Of a stretch of 64,000 bases of DNA, positions 13,963-28,594 are shown one piece after another. The position numbers and the translations under genes are program-made. Under the pieces are notes generated by a model. It did not search any database. It was not told the origin of the DNA and saw nothing but the letters and a program-made list of their open reading frames with translations. The DNA comes from Lama guanicoe (lineage: Eukaryota): assembly GCA_013239625.1 (NCBI GenBank), contig MU053873.1:2742524-2806523 (forward strand), given 5' to 3'. Position 1 is the first letter of the stretch; each line of letters opens with the position of its first letter.

Positions 13963-14454
13963 CTACTATGCTTGGCATATAATTCAAAAACTAATGGTCA
14001 TTTTATTGTTTTATTATATAGATAAAAACAAAAGTTTGTTTTTAGGAGAGAAATATTATCACCTCCCACCTGAATGCCATCCCTGGTGGCATTTTGAGTC
14101 TATTCCCTTCTCATCTTTTTTCTTACCTGTGGTTTGTGTTCACTGCTTGGGTTGGTCGACTTTTCGGCATCGTGGTGGACCCACGTGGGCCTTTGTCATC
14201 CCCCAATTAGAGAACCAAGGTGCTGCCTCCCTACCCTGCCCTGCCACTGGGCTGTAGTGAGGGTGAAACGAGGTAGGGCGTGGAAAGGCCCAGGTCTGGT
14301 GTTAAATATACAGTGGTGCTTACTAAATGCTGAGGTTCCTCCTACAGGAAAAGGAGGGCTCATTGACACTCCCCACTCCCCTGTACCTCTCCCTTGTCTC
14401 CTGAGTCGTCACGGGCCAACAGAACTTTGTGCAAATGGTGGGAATATTCTAGAA

Positions 14455-14665
14455 GAGGGGCCCACAGACTTTGTAAATGTCCAGATAGTAAATATTTCAG
14501 GTTTTGTGGAACACGTAGAGTTTTGATTGCTGCTGCATCTCCCCAGCCCCTCCTCCTCCTCTTTCCCTTAAAAAAAAAGTGTGAAAACCAGGCTTAGCTC
14601 GCAGGCCATACAAAACAGGCTGAGGGCTGGATGTGGCCCATGGGCCACAGTGTGCTGCCCCCCTC
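14455..14665. mobile_element. MER58-like hAT MITE
   Basis: ccagatagtaaatatttcaggttttgtgg...ggccatacaaaacaggc...ggatgtggcccatgggccacagtgtgctg. Confidence 0.7.
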
Positions 14666-17266
14666 CAGGGACAGCACTGTCCAGGGCGGTGGCCACCCTG
14701 GTCTCCTCTGTGACCCCTGGCTGGGCTCTACAGCGTGACCAGCGCAAGCAAGGAGCTGAATTGTAGATTGTATTTAATTTTACTTAAGTCTAAATGCCAA
14801 CCTGCGGCTGGTGCGCCCTGTTGGACACGCAGCTGTAAGTGACTGAAGGCCGACAGCTCTGTCCCACCGCCCTGAAAAGGGGCCGTGGGAGCTGCCCGGC
14901 TGGCAGGCTTCTTGAACTCTCTGGCATTTCAAGGGCTGCCTGAGGGCGGCTGGGCCTGAGCCATCTTGTCTCTGGAAGATCTTTAAGTGCTCTGGTCCCT
15001 GATTGCCTTTTTTTCTTTTTTGTTCCAAGAGCCAGGCCTGTCTTCATTGGCCACCCATGTCCCCGTGTATTCCGTAGCTGGGAGAAGGGATGGGGGTGGG
15101 AACCCTTCTCCTCCTGGGTTTAGATGTCCTATAATCAGGTTGGTATTTCAAGGGTAGAAAAAAAACCTGTATAGAGGCAAGGAGTGAGCAAATAGAAAGG
15201 GAGAGAGGACCAAAGAAACGGAGTAACAGCCTACACCCAGTTTATTTCTATCACACCACAAATAAAAACAATCACTGAGGTTTTTGAGTACTTGCTGTTA
15301 CCTTAAACCTCCCATTAGCCCATTTTACAGAATAGGAAAACTGAGGCTCAAAAGAGCAACTCTCTAGGTAGTCGGGGAGTCATCCAACTCCAGGGCTGCA
15401 TCCTTAACCACCCCCACCCACCTCTTGGAATAGGACTAAGAGGAGGGGCGTTGAGCCTGAGACTCTCTGAGTGAGTCTTTGAAATGATTTCTGCTGCTGA
15501 GCCTCAATTTGCCCATCTGTAAAATGGGAGAAGGTGAGGGTTGGACTAAAAATCCACACTCCCCTACCCCAAAATGGTGAGGACACAGCAGTGAGATGTA
15601 CACAAGGACTCCCTTGGTTCCACATCAGCCAGCCTTCACACCAGACCCCAGTGAGCTCATGGCCCCATTCCTCTAACACAGCGGTTAAGACCTGAGCACC
15701 AGAGTCCCACAGATCTGGATGGCGATCCTGGTTCCCAGAGTTGGTTGCTCTTCCTCTTGGTGTCCTTTTCTCACCTGTAAAATTGGGATCATTGTGCTTT
15801 CCTCGTAGGGGGTTAAATGGCCCAAGCAGTCACATGGTAGGCGTTTGGTCAGTGTTAGGTGGCGGCGGCAAGGTGTTGTTCAGTTCCGGGGGGGCGCCAT
15901 CTTGATCATAGGCTAGGTACGCGGTGCCCTTTGGAGTTGGGCAGTGCACAGCCTGTTCAACGTAACCAGCCTTCCTAGATGGTGACTAGTGATTGAGTGG
16001 TGGTGGTTGTTGCTTCTTATATTTACTTTTCCTGAAGTCCAGGGTCAAGAGGAAGGGAGAGCCTGGTTGGCAGAGACCCACTACTCCCCAAGGCAGCAGT
16101 GCCTTTGCTCAGATCCTCATCTCACACCTATCTGCCTGAGATGTGGGCCAGTTCATTCCCTGGCAGAATCCATGAATTTAGACCCCAGCTGTGACATCAT
16201 GGGCTGAGGTGGCCTGTCTCTGTGCTGCTGTTCATCCCCCAGAGTGCTTTCCCCCCAAAGCACTGTCGGGTGCCCTTGGGAAGCCAGGCATTCCCCCTCT
16301 GCCCCTCTGAAGGGGCCCAGCCCCTCTGCATGGCACCCACCCTAATGCAGCATCTCATCTGCCTTTGCAGGGCTCAGCCGGTGGACAGTCCTGGCCAGCA
16401 GCTGCGAGGGCTAGAGCCCAGGGATGAGTGTGCCCAGGGGAGGTAAGTGCTTCTCGAAGGTCCCCCAGAGTCCCGGCTCCTCCAGAGACACCTGCACGCC
16501 CCCAGCCTCCATGACTGACCACCAAGCAAACTCCTCTGGGCATCTCTCTCCCCTGTTCCAAATCTGTGCTAGACAAAGCTGCACCCCCGGAGTGTGGAGA
16601 GGGCGGGCCTCTGCTCTTCCTCACCTCCTGGGAAAATGACTCTCCTGGTGGATAGGAGAAGGCTGAGTTCCAGAGCTGGCAGGGACTTACCTGGCGTAAC
16701 TGAGCCGATTCAAGGCACAGCCGGAGTCCAGACCCTGTCTGCCGCATCTCCCAGTGCCACTGACTCAACACTTCACCCCAGAGTTCCCTGAACCCCGTCA
16801 TCACTCACCAAGGAAAGGTTGTTATCATCCCCCTTTTATGGAGGAGAAAACAGAAACTCAGCAAGGTGAAGTCCCTTGTCCCGCGCTCCAGCTCACAGGT
16901 GGCTGAGGCTGGATTTGCACCTGGGGCTGTAAGGCTCCAAATCTGAGGCTCTCAGCCACCTCCTCACTGCCAGGATGCCAGACATCTCCCTCGGCACGGT
17001 CCAGCCGGGTGGTGGGGTGGAGGGCAGGCCCGGGTCCCTGGGCCGGGTGGAGTCTCTGGTTCTGGGTGACCAGGAAGCTGCCTTCTGCTTCGTAGGTTCC
17101 CAGCTGCTTTCCCTCTGCCAAGTCGCCCTGCTTTTGCTTCTCAAGCCGCTCTCCAGGCCTCTGCTGTCTCCTGCTCACAGCTGACCTGCCCGCTTTGAGT
17201 CGTTTTCTCCCGGTGGCAGAGATGGGCCCCTCGCTGGGTCATGTCCAAGGACAGTGACCAGCTTGG

Positions 17267-17635
17267 CCTCAGCCTGCTCTGACCCAGGCCTGCCGCTCTG
17301 GCTGTGCAATCCTGGGCAAGTTGCCGCTTCGCTCTGAGCTGCTTGCTGGGCGCAGGGCATCCCTACCCGAGGTGGTGGAGAGGACCCCGCTAAATGGTGC
17401 CTAGAATAAGCTTGAGCAGGGTACGTGCTCAGTGAACGTAAAAACGCCACACCTCAGCCTGCTCTGACCCAGGCCTGCCGCTCTGGCTGTGCAATCCTGG
17501 GCAAGTTGCCGCTTCTCTCTGAGCTGCTTGCCGGCGCAGGGCATCCCTACCCGAGGTGGTGGAGAGGACCCCGCTAAGTGGTGCCTAGAATAAGCTTGAG
17601 CGGAGTACATGCTCAGAGAATGTAAAAACGCAACT
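17267..17635. repeat. Two-copy direct tandem duplication, period about 185 bp
   Basis: Copies start at 17267 and 17452 (cctcagcctgctctgacccaggcctgccgctctggctgtgcaatcc...gtaaaaacgc) with few mismatches. Confidence 0.95.
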
Positions 17636-17707
17636 CAGGTGCTTGGTTTTGAAGTCCTGTAGCCAAATGAAGGATCAGTCTCAAGCAAAACTTGTGAGTT
17701 GATAACA

Positions 17708-17838
17708 TTTTTATTTATTTACTTTTTTGGTGGGGGTAGGTAATTAGGTTTACTTTTTTTTTTAATCGAGGTGCTGGGGACTGAACCCAGGACCTGGTGC
17801 ATGCTAAGCACGCGCTCTACCACTAAGCTTTACCTCCC
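17708..17838 (-). mobile_element. Vic-1-like SINE
   Basis: ggggactgaacccaggacc...catgctaagcacgcgctctaccactaagct with a T-rich tail on the left. Confidence 0.88.
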
Positions 17839-17944
17839 TGTCTTGGTAACGTTTTGAAAAATTCTTTCTATCCCTTCTTCCAGGCCTTTCCCCTTAGTAT
17901 TTAGTACCCAGATCACTTCCAACCCCAAACATAAGCTCAGGAGT

Positions 17945-18018
17945 ACACACACACACGCACACACACACGCACACACATACATGCACACACACACGCACGC
18001 ACACACACGCACACACGC
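17945..18018. repeat. (CA)n/(CACG)n microsatellite
   Basis: Directly visible alternating purine-pyrimidine tract. Confidence 0.95.
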
Positions 18019-20980
18019 AGGCAGTGGCAGGCACACTTTATCTATCCTGTCTGGAAACAACTTTCCCAGATTATCCCCTTTCCTCTGTGTCTCCTCATCC
18101 CCCATCACCATCTGTTCCCAAATGCTCCAGTCTCTCACTCCCCACCAAGTGTCAGGAAGAAAGGGAGATGGTGCTAATTCAAGCTAAAGTGTGATTGACA
18201 GTCCCCCAGGGGCATTGACACCGAAGTCATAATCCTTGGCAGAATTCTAGTCTCAGGTCCGTGGGGAGAAGTTCAGTGAGCTCTTAGAGAAGCTGAGGGC
18301 TCCTTGGAGGGATATCTGAGTGACTGTATGTCCCGCCCAGCCTGCCTTCCCCCTGAAAGTAGCCGTGGAATTAGATTTCCCCATCCCAGACCTAAATCCG
18401 GAGCACCCATGAAAAATGGCAACAGTTTCAGCAACATGATAGGTGCAAATTTCTGGGGAGAAGGGCACCAGCTATCTGATGCTCAGAGGAGCCAGTGACC
18501 CCTGGATGAGACTCCCCTTTGCTTTGTCAGTTGCTTCTAGAGCCTTCACCGCAGCCTTTGAGGTCAGTGGACCCACCCCTCTTTGCAGCTGAGGAAACTG
18601 TGGCTTCGATGGAGGAAGTGAGTCTCCCAAAGCCACATGGCCAGGAAATGCCAGGGCCTCTCAACAGCTTCGCCCCTGGGCCTGAGCCTGTGCGCGTCTT
18701 CAGCTTTGATGTTTATTTTCCACTTGCTCCGGCCCCAGAGGCCCCAGGCAGCCCGGGCCTTTGTGGGTGGATTGGTCCAGCTGCACACCAGGTCCTTTGG
18801 AGATTTCGGCTGAACCTCACATCTGAAGAGGAAAGCCGTCTCTCCACTCCCTTCGCTCCGGACCCTGCACCCTTCACTGGATCACTTGCAGCTCCCCATT
18901 CGTGCTGGATTCTTTCCTGCCTGTGACTTTGCACTGGCTGTTCCAAAGGGAGCAGCCTTCTCTCTTTCTTCCACCCGGCTATTCAGAGCTCCACCTGTCC
19001 ACTGCTCAGGATTCAGCAGGAAGGCTGCCTCCTCCAGGAAGCCTTCGCTCACCCACACAGCTAGAACCCAGCAGCCCCTTCCCAGGTGTGGGTCCACTAT
19101 GTGGGTAGACTTGGTGGGTTGAGGCTGCGTCTCTTAGCTCCATAGCCCAACTCTCCCCACACAGTAGGACCTTATGAACTGTTGGAATAAATCAATAACC
19201 AATGATCATGGCTAATATTCCTTCACACGCTTCCTACGTACTGGGTACATTATTAAATTCTTTCATCATGGCCCTTTGAGGTTAACACTCTTAGACCCAT
19301 TTTACAGATGAGGTTCAGAGAAGGAAAGTCTGTGCCCAAGCTCACACAACCACACAGGAAGTCGCAGAGCTGGGATTTAGACCCAGGCCTGTCGGCCTCC
19401 TTGAATGCCCAGAGACCTCAAGCCCTTACTTTGAGTCTAGAAGGAGGTAGGAGAGGAAACAGAGGTTGTGAAACAGCCGGGGTGGGGCAGAGAAGGGCTG
19501 GGGCGGCCCGAGCGGGCTTCGTGTCCGTCCAGCGTCTGAGCCTGCACCTTCTGCTTTGGGCTTAGGTTTCGTAGTGGAGGGGCCTTGAGGGTAAACTAGG
19601 GAGGAGGGCAGATCTGACATTTGAGTGACTGGAGAAGGGGTGGCTGGGCTGGGTGGACCCCTGCTGTTGGAAACCAGCCCCTACCTAAGGAATTTGCATG
19701 GAAGTCCAATCTTTGTTAGTGGCACTGGGAGGGGTGAGGAGCGTAGGCTCAGGGTCATAATTCCTGTCCTGAGTCCTCCCCTCCCTCTGTTCCCACATCA
19801 CCCCCACAGTCCCGGCATCCCTGAGTCTCCCCAGGATGCCGGCCAGCAGGAACCTCCTCCCTGACCTCCCCACCTCCATTCTCACCCCTGCAGGCCCTCT
19901 CCTCAGGGGCTGCCTTTAGAGTAAGTCCAGCCCTTCTCCGTCCCCTGAGGACATGCCTGGCAGCTGCATTCCACTTTCCCCCTCCCTCCCCTTGGTCCCC
20001 AGCAGGCTCCCCTCAGGTTCTTGAACACCCCAAAACCTCTCCTATCTCGAGGTTTTGCACTCTGTTTCCTCTGCCTGCATCACCTTTCCCATACATCTTC
20101 AGCCAGTGCCTTCTCGGCTTGGATGTCATCTCCTCTGAGAAGTCCTCCTTGACTTCCCTCCTCCTTCCCCTACTTGATCCCTCTCACAGCGTGCAGCTCA
20201 CTTCTTTGCAAGCCATTATCACGCTCTGGCTATAACTTGTGTACCATTTGTATCCCCAGCTAGGACATAAGCTCCTTGACACCAGAGGCCTGGCTGCCTC
20301 GTCCATGCTCCTGTCTCCAGCCTTGAGCAGGTGCCTGGCACTTTTTAGTGCTTTGTAAGCATTGACTGAGTGAGGACTGAATGAATGGATTCTGGGACTC
20401 TCGAAGAAGCCCAGACCAGGATATTTTGCACCTTCTGAAAAGCGTCTCCTGCAGAGGCAGCGTGTTGTCACTCAGAGCAGACACGGAGCCGGCTGTCCAG
20501 GGTCGGAATCACAGACTCCAGCTTGGCCGCTTCCCAACTGGGTGACTGTGAACCACCTCTCCAGACCCTGGTTTCCACCTCTTTCTCCTATAATCATTTC
20601 ACAGCCCTTGATCTGTGCCAGGCCCCCAGCATTTGGTCCAGGCACACACCAGAAGTATTTATTGAGCGCCTAGTAGGTACCGGGCTCTGTGGTTGGAGCT
20701 GGGGAGACAGCTGTAAACAAAACAGGCAGAAACTGTCCTCAGCACACGGCTCTGCTGCTGAGATGTGACATTCTCATGCTTTATAATTTTCCATTTTAAG
20801 TAATTTCCAAGAACTTGATTCCAGTAAAGTTCATTTTAAAATAATGATTGCTGTTTCCATTTATCAGACGAGGAAACTGAGGCATTGAGTGATTACAGAC
20901 CTGGGCCAGGTCCCACAGCTAGGAAGTGGCCAGGAGGGATTTGAACCCAGGCCCTGCAGCTCCAGCCCCCTTGGGGCTAA

Positions 20981-22096
<1,116 letters not shown>

Positions 22097-24929
22097 TGAG
22101 TGGCGCCCCCGCCCTCCGCTCAGACCCCTGGTCCTGGAGTCAGAGGCATTTGGTGGGCAGGTCAGCTCTGCCCCTCCATGCTGTGTGGCCTTGGCCAAGT
22201 CACTGTGCCTCTCGGAGCCTCCTCTGTCGTCATGGAGACGATCTGAGAAGAGAGGGGTTAAGAGCAGATCCTTGAGCCAGATCTACCTCATAGCTCTGTG
22301 GTGTTGAACAAGCCGCTGTACCTCTCTGAGCCTCAGCCTCATGATCACTCCTTTCTTTTCTGAGAGAAGCAGCCAACTTTGAATATGCTTTGTAGTCAGC
22401 CATGGTGAGTAAAGGCTATATAGCTCAAGGTTGAGAGCCCAGATTCTGAAACCAGGCTGTCTGGGTTCAAGTCCCAGCTCTGCCACCTCTTAGCTGTGTG
22501 ACTTTGAGCAAGCGATTCAACCTCTCTGTGCTTCTAGTTCCTCATCTGCCGCATGGGGATACAGTCTCTCCACCTGCTGTTCACAAGTGTGAACATCAAA
22601 TAGGTTAAATACCCAGAAAATGGGTTCATAACATCTAAAGTTAGGTGCTGTAAGCCCCAGTATCGGCAGTTTAGTGCTGACCTGGCTTTTACTGGAGTAC
22701 GCATCGGCCTCCCCAGTGCCTTCATTTATCGAGTGCCTGCTGTGGAGCCAGCACTGAATTAAGCCCCCAACAATCATTATCCCTTTAATCCCCATAGCAA
22801 GCTAGGGCATATTTGCTGCACTTATCCCCACTTTACAGATGAAGAAACTGAGCCTCAGGAGAAGTTACTGGCCTAAGGCCACATAGCTAGCAAAGTGTGG
22901 TGTCAGGATTTGCACCCAGGTCTGCTGGACTCTAGGGCGTGGATGCATCCTCCCTCCCCCTTCTGTCCCTCGTTGTCTGCCTTTTTCCTTTGGGGAGGCC
23001 ATCCCTCTCTGGAGACCCAGAGCACTGGAATGGTGCAGGACCAGAGTGAGTCGGGCCATCTTTGTCTCTAGCCTGGTCTGGTACAAGCACCCGCAAGAGC
23101 CCAGTGGAAGGGTGGGCCTTCCCGGGACAACGCCTCTCCTTTCTTTCATGGCTGGACCCTCGTAGGCTCCATCCCCGGGAGCTCCTGAGCCCTGAGCTGA
23201 GCTGGGAGCTGACAGCAGCTCTCCCCTGGCAGTGAAGTGCCCATGGGCTGGGTCCTCCGGCCTATTGGTGCTGGAGCCAGGATTTTGTCAATCATCATGA
23301 CGAAACATCAGATTACCGAAGAAATGCGTTCTGATTGTAGGAAGTTGGGGAAATACATAAAACAAGGAAGAAAAATAACCCATGGTCCCACCACCCGGAT
23401 TTTGGTGTGTGACCTGCTGGTCCTTGGTCAGGGCATCTTCATAAAACCAGAGGCCTGCTGATCATGTGATTCTGTAACCTTTCTTCACTTTGTAGTTGGG
23501 GCCACTTGCCCATGGCCCCCAGCACTCTGCTGCGACATCATTTTGAAGGGCTCCATAATACTCCACCACATGATCCCCGTATTCTATTTAACTTCTCCTG
23601 TTGTTGGATAGTTTGGTTACTGACTGGCTCCCGTCCATGTTCTGTGACGCGTCTACGTGATTTCCGTCTCATAAAGTCCTGGAGACACAAGGCTGGTGGC
23701 AAAGGCCGTGCACCTGTTTGATCATGGCGGGTAGGTTCTCTGTGAATGTCTTTGCAGCGAGCATTTTGCTGTAAAAGACAAAATAATTGGCTGACTGGCA
23801 GCGTTGATTTCATGACCCTAGAAAATGATAACATGTCAGTTTCAGCAGCTCCTTCAGCGAGCTCAGTCATCCCTCCTCACCTGTCAAAACCGAAAACATA
23901 CCGAGCTGTGGCACGTAGAAAAGGGGCAGCTTGCCAGTTCACAGTGGTCTTCGAGAGCATCAGTGATCGATTCGTCAGTGGTTCGATTTAGCCAATTTAG
24001 AAACAACGGCTTGCTCTCTCCTGCCGTCTTCACCAGCTTTATCACACAGTGTTAGGAGTTGGAAACCAAAGAAGAATCAAGCTCTTTTATCCCCTCAAAA
24101 GGAAATGGTTACCTGATGCCTGACGAGTGTGAGCGTCTGGAAAATGGTGAAAATTCTAACAGAACCTGGCCTACATTAGCTCCCTGAAGGATTTGCAGAA
24201 ACTGATCTGTTACCATTTTCTAGTCTAAGGTGTCGGCCAGTTATTTTATCTTTTATGGCAAAATGGCCTTGCGGCCAACCAGGGTGGGATGAAACTGCCT
24301 GTGGCAAAGATGTTTACAGAGAAGCTACTTAGAGCTGTATTCGGGATTTTTGGCACCCTGGTTAGAGTTGAGCTTTAAATCCAGGTCTGCAGACTCCAAA
24401 TCCGTGTTTTTCCCACCAGTCCGCACCCTTTCACCCTCCCCAGTCCCCTCCTTCTTTTACTACATCTGTTTTTTTCTGTTTCTTCTTTTCCACATTATCT
24501 CTTAGTTGGATGGAAACATCTAGAAGTAGGTCTTCCATCCTAGGAGTTCCCCAGCCCCCATCCTGTATAGCTTCCGAAGTGTAATTGGTAAGATCTTCGT
24601 GGTTCAGATGCCCTGTTCTATGGGAGAGTAAAGAAGCATGTAGAAAATGATGGTGGTTCTGTTCTAAGAGCAAAACACTAAAAACAGTCTAACTGCCCGT
24701 CTTTAGGGGAATGGAAAAAGAATGAGGTACTGAGTGAGGGGAAAAAACCCTACAAACCAATACTATATATACCATATAATTTCTGGGTTTATTTTTAATT
24801 TTTTTGGAGCAGAGAAAGGTTTATTACTGGGCTGAGCAAGCAGAATGGGTAACTAATGCTCAAAACCCCCCAGACTCCCTGAAGGGTTAATTCCTGGTTT
24901 TAAATCTGCAAACAAAACTATAGACTTGC

Positions 24930-25068
24930 GGTGGAGGGGATAGCTCAAGTGGTAGAGCATATGCTTTGCATGCGAAAGGTCCTGGGTTCAAGCCCCAGTA
25001 CATCCATTAAAATAAATAAACAGAAAACCTAATTACCTCCCATTCCAAAAAACAAAAAACAAACAAAC
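24930..25068 (+). mobile_element. Vic-1-like SINE
   Basis: atagctcaagtggtagagc...ggtcctgggttcaagcccc...aacctaattacctccc plus A-rich tail. Confidence 0.88.
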
Positions 25069-25765
25069 AGATTTTCTATGTATACGTGTGCAGGAGAGAG
25101 AGAGAGTTACCACTTACAGAGACCTTACAATGTACTAGATACTCTTATCAGTAACTCAGTTACTACCCAGAACAGCCCAGTGAGGTAGATACTGGTTATG
25201 AGTCCCATTCCATAGATGAGGAAACAGGCTCAGAGAGGTTTAGCCACTCTCCCAAGGCCACCTAGCCCCGCTTGGTACAGCTGGCATTTGCACCAAGGTA
25301 GTCTGGCCCCCGAGTCTGCACTTAGTCGCTTGGCTTTTAAAAGCACAGAAAACCAATTGAAAGGATGTGCTCCAGAATGCTCAGGTCAGGTCCCTGTGGG
25401 GAGCTGATGGACTCAGAGTGATGACCACGGGGACTCTGAGGCCATTAGTGTTTTATAAATATTTCTCAAGAACAAAATACCCATCCCAGTCATATACATA
25501 AAACGTTATTTAAAAAAAGGCAGAGAGCTCAAGGAAGCAGAATTTTAGCACCACCAGTGTGCACTGCCCAGCGCTTTCTGCCAGCTTCCCACCGCTTGCT
25601 CTTCTCCCCGTTGCACAGAGCAGGTATGATGAGGCCAAGTAACTTGCCCACATTCTTAAAGTTGATGACGGCCAAGCGGTCTGGGGGCCAGGTCCCCCCA
25701 ACCTGTTCTGCCCAAGCACCATCTGGGTCTGCCCCTGCCCCATGCAGCCTGTCCTCTCTCCCCAG

Positions 25766-25964
25766 GATTGAGCGATCCACAGACCAGGTCATCAAACCCG
25801 TGAACCTGGAAGCTCTCTCCAAGTGGACCGGCCACATACCCAGGGATGTGATGAGGGACATGGCCCAGATCGCCCCCATGCTGGCTCGGCTCGGCTACGA
25901 CCCCTATGCAAACCCACCCAACTACGGCAATCCTGACCCCATTGTCGTCAACAACACACACCGG
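25766..25964 (+). CDS. TPST2: TPST2 coding exon 2
   Basis: cccag|[79 protein letters not shown]|gtgagt; 199 bp, phase matches the previous exon. Confidence 0.97.
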
Positions 25965-27177
25965 GTGAGTCCACCTGCATGCCTGGAGATGTGCGCTGGG
26001 GGTGCAGCAGGGGTGGAGGCTCTGGCGACCTGAGAAAACATTTAGTCTCTGATTCCTAAGCAGCTGGCTTGTTTCTATGTCATGGACATGGGGAATTGTG
26101 TGACTGCTTGTATTTCCATTTTTGCCTGGGCCACAAGGAAGCTCAAAACCAACTGGCAGTCTGTCTCTCATTCTCTGTAGCGTCTAATAGCAGGCCCATT
26201 TGTGCACTGATTTCATCCTCTTTCTCTCCTCTGATTTACCCTTTCTGTCCTGTTTCCCTGGCTGTTTGTTCATCTGTTTGTAAAGCATTTTAAGACTGGG
26301 TGTAAATAAATCAACACTTGGTCCCGTTCTTGCCCCCAGGAGGTTTAATGCTGATTTCGCAGACAAATGTGAGCTTCTGACAGTTTGAAATGCTTTCTAA
26401 GTTCCCCTGAGTGTAGGTGGTCAAGAGGAAATGACTTTGAGAAGATGTTTTTGAAGCAGAAAAGTAGGTGCTGGGTTCTGACTTCCTCAGAGACACGAAG
26501 TTAATGAAAATATCTGAAAATGGGACCCAGGCCTGAGGAAGAGCCCTTCTAGCCTTAGTTAGTAAGATCTGGTGTTTTCATTTAAGCTAAAGCTTGACAT
26601 TTCTGAACACATGGTGATTTTAGAAAGCAAAGTGTTCTTTATTTTTTTTTTTAATTGCACTAAAATTTTTTATTGCAGTAGCCTATTAGTTTCAGGTGTG
26701 TAAGATAACAACTTGATATTTGTATACACGGCAAAGTGATCATCATGATGAGCCTAGTTACCCTCTGTCACCAGAGTTCCCAAATATGCACTACAGTATT
26801 ATTAACTGTAGTCACCGTGCTGTACTTTACAACCCTGTGGCTCAATTTTTCTATGGCTGGAGAGTTGTGACCTCTTGACCCCCTGCACCCGTTTCCCCTC
26901 CCTCCCAACCCACTGGTTCTTGTATTGAATCATTCAATTCTCAGTACCTTCATTAAAAAGTTAATTATATAAATAAACAAACCTAATCCCCCCCCAAATA
27001 AACCCAAACAAATAAAACAAAACAAAACAAAAGAAATCTGACTAGTGAGATGTGATGAGTCCAAATTGAAAGGTGCTATGTATTAAGTGTGAAACACACA
27101 CTGGGTTTTGAAATCCTTGTACCCCCCCCCATAAAAAAGCATGCATAATTTCTCATTCGTCATTTTTATATTGATTA

Positions 27178-27651
27178 CGTAGGGGAAGGAAGACTTCTCC
27201 CTTTTTCTTTTCTAGGTTCTTTGGCTGGCCTGATAATTAAATTGACATAAGACAGATTCACAGGAAGGAAAACAAATTTAATATCGTACAGACAATTAAA
27301 ATATGAGATTCAACAGAAGTGATCAAAGCAGGCATCTTTTATACCTTTCAGACAAAGAAACAGTACGTTTGTGAAGAACTGATAAGACAAAAAAAATTTA
27401 GGCTTGGGATGGTAAATTAGTGAAGAATAACAAGGTTTGTTTACGCAGCCTTTTCGGCCCAGAATTCTCCATCCCTGGTGATAAGGATGCCTGTCTCCCA
27501 TGCAGGAGGGAAGTCTTCCATGGGGGAGATTTATTTCCTGCTCTGAGAGCCACAAAGGAGGGTGAGAGTATCCTTCTCACAGTGGCTGTTTCAAAATAAT
27601 TAATAATGCCAAAGTGGTAGATTTGGGGGCAACCTGCCCTGAACCCCATCA
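27178..27651 (-). mobile_element. Solo ERV1-type LTR (MER34-like) nested in a hAT-Charlie remnant (about 27040-27810)
   Basis: Minus strand begins TGATGGGGTTCAGG; 4-bp TSD ATTA at 27174-27177 and 27652-27655; host sequence rejoins as tatattgatta|catgttgaa. Confidence 0.75.
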
Positions 27652-27864
27652 ATTACATGTTGAAGTATTAATACTTTAGATACAGCAGGGTAAATTTTTA
27701 AATATCACTAGAATTCATTTCACCTATTTCTTTCTCTTTTTTTAATGTGGCTACTAGAAAATGTAAAATTACAGAGTCGTTTCACATTCCATTCCATTGG
27801 ACAGCGCTGGTCTATCCGGTGCCTTGTATTTGGGAGAGAGTGGGAAGGCCTGGAGTTTTCTGGT

Positions 27865-28240
27865 TCCTACCTCAGGGCCTTTGCCCTAGCTGTGTCCTCT
27901 GCCTGGAATGCTCCTTCACAGCTCAGCCTGCGGGTTTTCCTTGTCCCTCAAGTCTCAGCTCAAAGGTCACCTGTTCTAAGAGCCCTGTTTTGACCACCCA
28001 CTTAAAAGAGGCCCCCCCAATCATGCCCAGTCACATCCCTTTGTCTTCCTCCCCTCCTAGCACTTCCCATGGTTTGATGTTCTTGTTTATTTGTGTTTAT
28101 TGCTGCTTGTGGATCGTCTGCCTCCTCCCTACTCTAGAATGGAAGCTCCAGGAGAGTGGAAATTTTAATTACCTAGTTAATGTTGTGCCCCTCAGAGCTT
28201 AGAATAATGCCTGGAATAAGAAGGGTCAATGAATATTTGT
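27865..28240 (+). mobile_element. L2 3' fragment
   Basis: cctcagggcctttgc...ctctagaatggaagctccaggagag...tcaatgaatatttgttggatg. Confidence 0.8.
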
Positions 28241-28490
28241 TGGATGGATGCATGGATGAGTAGATGGATAGATGGATGGGTGGTAGGTTGGGTGGATAGA
28301 TGGATGGGTAGGTGTGGGTGGGTGGGTGGGTGGAAGGATGGAGGGATGGATGGATAGGTAGGTGGGTAGATGTATAGATGGAAGGATGGATGGATGGGTG
28401 GATGGATAGATGGCAAAGTTAGGTGGGTGGATGGATGGATGGATGGGAGAGTGGATGGATGGGTGGATAGGTGTGGAAGTGATGGACTGA
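28240..28490. repeat. (GGAT/GGGT)n simple repeat expanded from the L2 tail
   Basis: Directly visible; ends about 50 bp upstream of TPST2 coding exon 3. Confidence 0.95.
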
Positions 28491-28543
28491 ATTTTATTTT
28501 TGGATTATTTCGATGACAGTGATTTTTTTCCCCTCTTTCTTAG

Positions 28544-28594
28544 GTCTTGAAAGGGGACTATAAAACACCAGCCAATCTGAAGGGATATTTTCAG
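28544..28594 (+). CDS. TPST2: TPST2 coding exon 3
   Basis: Pyrimidine tract + tag|VLKGDYKTPANLKGYFQ|gttaga; 51 bp. Confidence 0.95.

Noticed and set aside
17090..17260. Possible non-coding upstream exon of TPST2
   Set aside because: Acceptor-like sites exist (about 17095 and 17180) but I found no convincing donor; cannot be called without transcript data.
17267..17635. CRISPR-like or satellite array
   Set aside because: Only two long units with no spacers, in eukaryotic DNA.
28192..28416. Pro/His-rich minus-strand ORF
   Set aside because: Translation of the (GGAT)n simple repeat.
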